From: Candidatus Zhuqueibacterota bacterium
GTDB taxonomy: Bacteria; Zhuqueibacterota; Zhuqueibacteria; Thermofontimicrobiales; Thermofontimicrobiaceae
NCBI GenBank assembly: GCA_049322915.1
Contig: JBMOPW010000034.1
Location: 424,567-488,566, forward strand
DNA: 64,000 bases
Reading direction: 5' to 3'
Position numbers and translations under genes: made by a program. Each line of letters begins with the position of its first letter. Position 1 is the first letter of the stretch. Below are positions 61,247 to 64,000 of this stretch, piece after piece. The notes under the pieces are model-generated. The model saw only the letters and a list, made by a program, of their open reading frames with translations, searched no databases and had not been told where the DNA came from.

Positions 61247-61681
61247 TCACTCGCCGAAAAAATTAACCGGGCGGTCAAAGTCATGCATGTACGAGGCTTT
61301 ATCTTCTCCGAACGATTCTTCCAATTTTTTCTTTTTGTAATCCACGACAAACGTGGAGTGCTTGCCATAAATCCGATTGAACACCACAATGAACTCGTGC
61401 CCATCTTCGTCAACCATTTTAATTTCGGCCAGGTCATCGTCGTAGGGCGCAGTGAAGCTGCGATGGCAGCGTGGATTGGTGCAGCGAAATTCCACGCGCG
61501 CGCCATCCCGCATCGTGATGTAGGCGTCGGTCATCGCGCTGTAATGGCCCAGGGAACTCGGCAGGAAAATAGTGGCCTCACAGGTAAAATAGTCGCATTC
61601 GAAAATCCCCTTCATTTTGATGATCGAATCTTCCAATTGGGATAGCTTTTCATTGCAATGCGGACAAAAGTATTGTTTCAT
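61247..61681 (-). CDS. Hypothetical protein with CxxC motifs
   Basis: 144 aa; CPHC and C....C motifs; RBS present. Confidence 0.65.
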   Translation of the reverse strand: MKQYFCPHCNEKLSQLEDSIIKMKGIFECDYFTCEATIFLPSSLGHYSAMTDAYITMRDGARVEFRCTNPRCHRSFTAPYDDDLAEIKMVDEDGHEFIVVFNRIYGKHSTFVVDYKKKKLEESFGEDKASYMHDFDRPVNFFGE

Positions 61682-61741
61682 AACAGCGCTCCGTTCTTAT
61701 TTTATTTTCATCGTGAAAATTTCTCTGCTGCAATTACAACT

Positions 61742-63898
61742 TTATTCAAATAATGTGAATTGCCGCTGCTCCTGAACCGACTGGTTAGCCAGGTTATCCG
61801 TGATCTTAATCAGCAATTCAGTGACGCCGTTTTCCAGATTGGTCAAATCAAAAGCGATGTATTCGATGGCCTCGGTTGAATTTCCGGATCGATACGAGGC
61901 TGAGGTCACCACACTTTTTTCCTGTCCTGAGAAAATCCTGGGGATGCTGCCTAACGTCTTCTGCCAGAAACTGCGCCGGGGCTCGATTGTCTTTACGGTA
62001 TATGAGACTTCGAAATTGGAATTGCCCCCGCTGTCCAGAGTCAGATTGTAAATTTCGAAATAGACGTGAATCGGCTTGGATTTAATGACACGCGAAAACG
62101 TGTACGGCGTGACGGACAGGTCATTCTTGACAAACATCTTGTTGGAGGCAGATGTCCCCGCCTGAATATCGGAAGACAACTGGATATCGCTCAGCATCAG
62201 GTGGGATGCGGTGAAATCTCTGACGCTGATTTGTTCTTTTTTCACGCCTTTGCGGGTTAAGTTTTTATTGTTGATGACAAAGGAAAAATCATATTGGCCC
62301 GGCAAAATCTGGTAGTTCTGTTGAAACAGGAATTGCCGCGTTTCCATTTTATCGAGAGCATCCAGTTTGATGGAAAACCGGTCGTGATTGCTGATGATTG
62401 AGTTGTAATTGCTGTCTTGCACATCAATGAAGAAATCTGTATAGTTGACGTACCGTTCGCCTTCCTTTTCAAAATTCATCCCAACGCCCGGGAAGGATGT
62501 GAAAACCTCGAACCGGGTTTTTCCGCTATCCCCGCGAAACTGCGCCCATTTGGTCAGAAACGGAAATTGCTCGGACTTGAACTCATAGCGATACAGTTCA
62601 CCGGGATATTTTTCGAGCGCTTCACCCCTGTCTCCGTGGAAATTATTCAATCTATCCCAGCTAAAGCTGACGGATAGATTGGCGTATGCCTGGCTCAGAT
62701 GGCTGCGATTGGCGTACAGGTTGCCGGCCAGCACCAATCGGGATTCGTACGAGTAACCCGCAATGGCCGCTTCGGTCAAATCATCAACCTGGCGAAAGTA
62801 GCCCCCTTCAGACACAAAATCGAACACCAACCCTTTTTCAACGCTTTCGTATGTCCACGACTCATTATCCTTTGCCGGCAGGGAGCCCAGTTGCGAATGG
62901 TAGCGATCGTCCGGCGGGCCGTATTTGATATAAATGCGCCCGCGATCATCGTAATACGGCGGCGCAGTAAAATGAAAATTTTCGTGCGCGAAATTCACCC
63001 GCCTGAAATGCTCCATCAGCCGCTCATTTTCCGGCGTGCTCGGATCCGGGTCGCGACGTCGCCAGAATTTTTTGAACAATGCCCGGCTTTCTTCGAGCGC
63101 GACTGCCTCGAATTCCTTCTTCTCCGAAGGGGATAACAGGATGCGCAATTCATCGTAAAGCTCATCCAGCATTGCCGGGTCATCAAGCGTTTCGATGCCT
63201 GTGAAATAGCTCTCCGTGGCTTTTTTCGGATTACCAATTTCATAGTAGACATTGGCTTTTCGAATACTGGCCCGCGCGTAATCCTTGTGGTCAGGTTGTA
63301 TCTGCTGCAATGATTTCAGCGCCGGGCCATAGTCTTTCAGCAATAAATGTGTATAGCCCAATTGATAGAATGCGTCCCGATAATCCGGGGCATCGCGATG
63401 AATATCCATCAGAATATCGCGCGCTTTCTGAAGGTTATCCGACTTGCCCTTTTTCTGGTAGGTCAAAGCCAGAAAATACCGCGCCGGCAGGTAAGCCGGA
63501 TCGATTTCCAGCGCTGCCTCGAACTTGCCGATGGCTTTTGAATAATGATCTTTTTTAAATAGTTCTTTCAACCGTTCCAGCGGAATGACTTTGCTGGGCC
63601 CGCGGTGATAGTGTGTGAGGCCAATTCCGGTGAGACCCAAAATTTTCAAGGAGTCGATGCCAGTCACGTATTCGTATTGAACTTCTGCTTCCTCGTATTT
63701 CTCGTCCTGAAGATACAATTGAGCCAATTTCACTCGGAGCAATGGATGGCCTCCGGCATCGATCTGCCCAATGAGCAATGCAATGGAATCCGGGCGGGAT
63801 GAAGCAACCGAATCGACCCGGGCTGCCTCCTGGCCGGGCGCCAGCCCCGAGAGCACGAGCACAAACAGAACGCATACCAACATGGTTTTATCATTCAT
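61742..63898 (-). CDS. TPR + GWxTD-domain secreted protein
   Basis: Signal peptide and TPRs; FW..RDPDPSTPENE...EH..R...A..DDRGRIYIKYGPPD. Confidence 0.85.
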   Translation of the reverse strand: MNDKTMLVCVLFVLVLSGLAPGQEAARVDSVASSRPDSIALLIGQIDAGGHPLLRVKLAQLYLQDEKYEEAEVQYEYVTGIDSLKILGLTGIGLTHYHRGPSKVIPLERLKELFKKDHYSKAIGKFEAALEIDPAYLPARYFLALTYQKKGKSDNLQKARDILMDIHRDAPDYRDAFYQLGYTHLLLKDYGPALKSLQQIQPDHKDYARASIRKANVYYEIGNPKKATESYFTGIETLDDPAMLDELYDELRILLSPSEKKEFEAVALEESRALFKKFWRRRDPDPSTPENERLMEHFRRVNFAHENFHFTAPPYYDDRGRIYIKYGPPDDRYHSQLGSLPAKDNESWTYESVEKGLVFDFVSEGGYFRQVDDLTEAAIAGYSYESRLVLAGNLYANRSHLSQAYANLSVSFSWDRLNNFHGDRGEALEKYPGELYRYEFKSEQFPFLTKWAQFRGDSGKTRFEVFTSFPGVGMNFEKEGERYVNYTDFFIDVQDSNYNSIISNHDRFSIKLDALDKMETRQFLFQQNYQILPGQYDFSFVINNKNLTRKGVKKEQISVRDFTASHLMLSDIQLSSDIQAGTSASNKMFVKNDLSVTPYTFSRVIKSKPIHVYFEIYNLTLDSGGNSNFEVSYTVKTIEPRRSFWQKTLGSIPRIFSGQEKSVVTSASYRSGNSTEAIEYIAFDLTNLENGVTELLIKITDNLANQSVQEQRQFTLFE

Positions 63899-64000
63899 TG
63901 TTTTTGTCCGTTTCTGGTAAAAACAAAATGCCGGTTGAATCAGCCTGCTGCTTCAGATTCTGAGGAATTCGTGGGTCTGTCAGAGCGGATTCAAAGATAG

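Noticed and set aside
29134..63963. Many overlapping antisense or alternate-frame ORFs of 60-330 aa (for example 33068-33910 and 59525-60523)
   Set aside because: They are shadow ORFs of GC-richer genes with no recognisable motifs.

Overview
The window has two parts. Positions ~1-25,400 are an AT-rich CRISPR-Cas type III-D (III-Dv-like) island transcribed entirely on the minus strand. It holds a 32-repeat array with its leader, cas2, cas1, a 982-aa reverse transcriptase-TPR-primase/polymerase fusion and cas6. The interference genes are an HD-less GGDD Cas10, Cas7, Cas5(-Cas11), Cas7-Cas7, Csx19 and Cas7-insertion. The ancillary set is unusually rich: two CARF-nuclease (Card1/Can2-like) genes, a CARF(NE0113)-wHTH gene, a Csx15/Csx20-like gene, a TIR-FGE-sulfatase gene and a tightly packed 4TM/coiled-coil + vWA + 4TM-CARF trio, which is the best candidate for an undescribed membrane effector system. 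A GC-richer structured segment with its own promoter-like motif lies between the RT fusion and cas1. Positions ~25,700-28,700 are a repeat-rich junction with a GxxExxY gene, palindromic repeat arrays and a truncated second cas6. The remainder is GC-richer chromosomal backbone, probably from an FCB-group (KSB1/Calditrichota-like) bacterium (inference): secreted proteins, regulators, efflux components, a thyA-like gene, htpG and others. Its intergenic regions carry several miniature mobile elements with terminal inverted repeats and target-site duplications, one of which carries only a GxxExxY nuclease-like gene. All family calls come from motif recognition by eye; no database searches were run.
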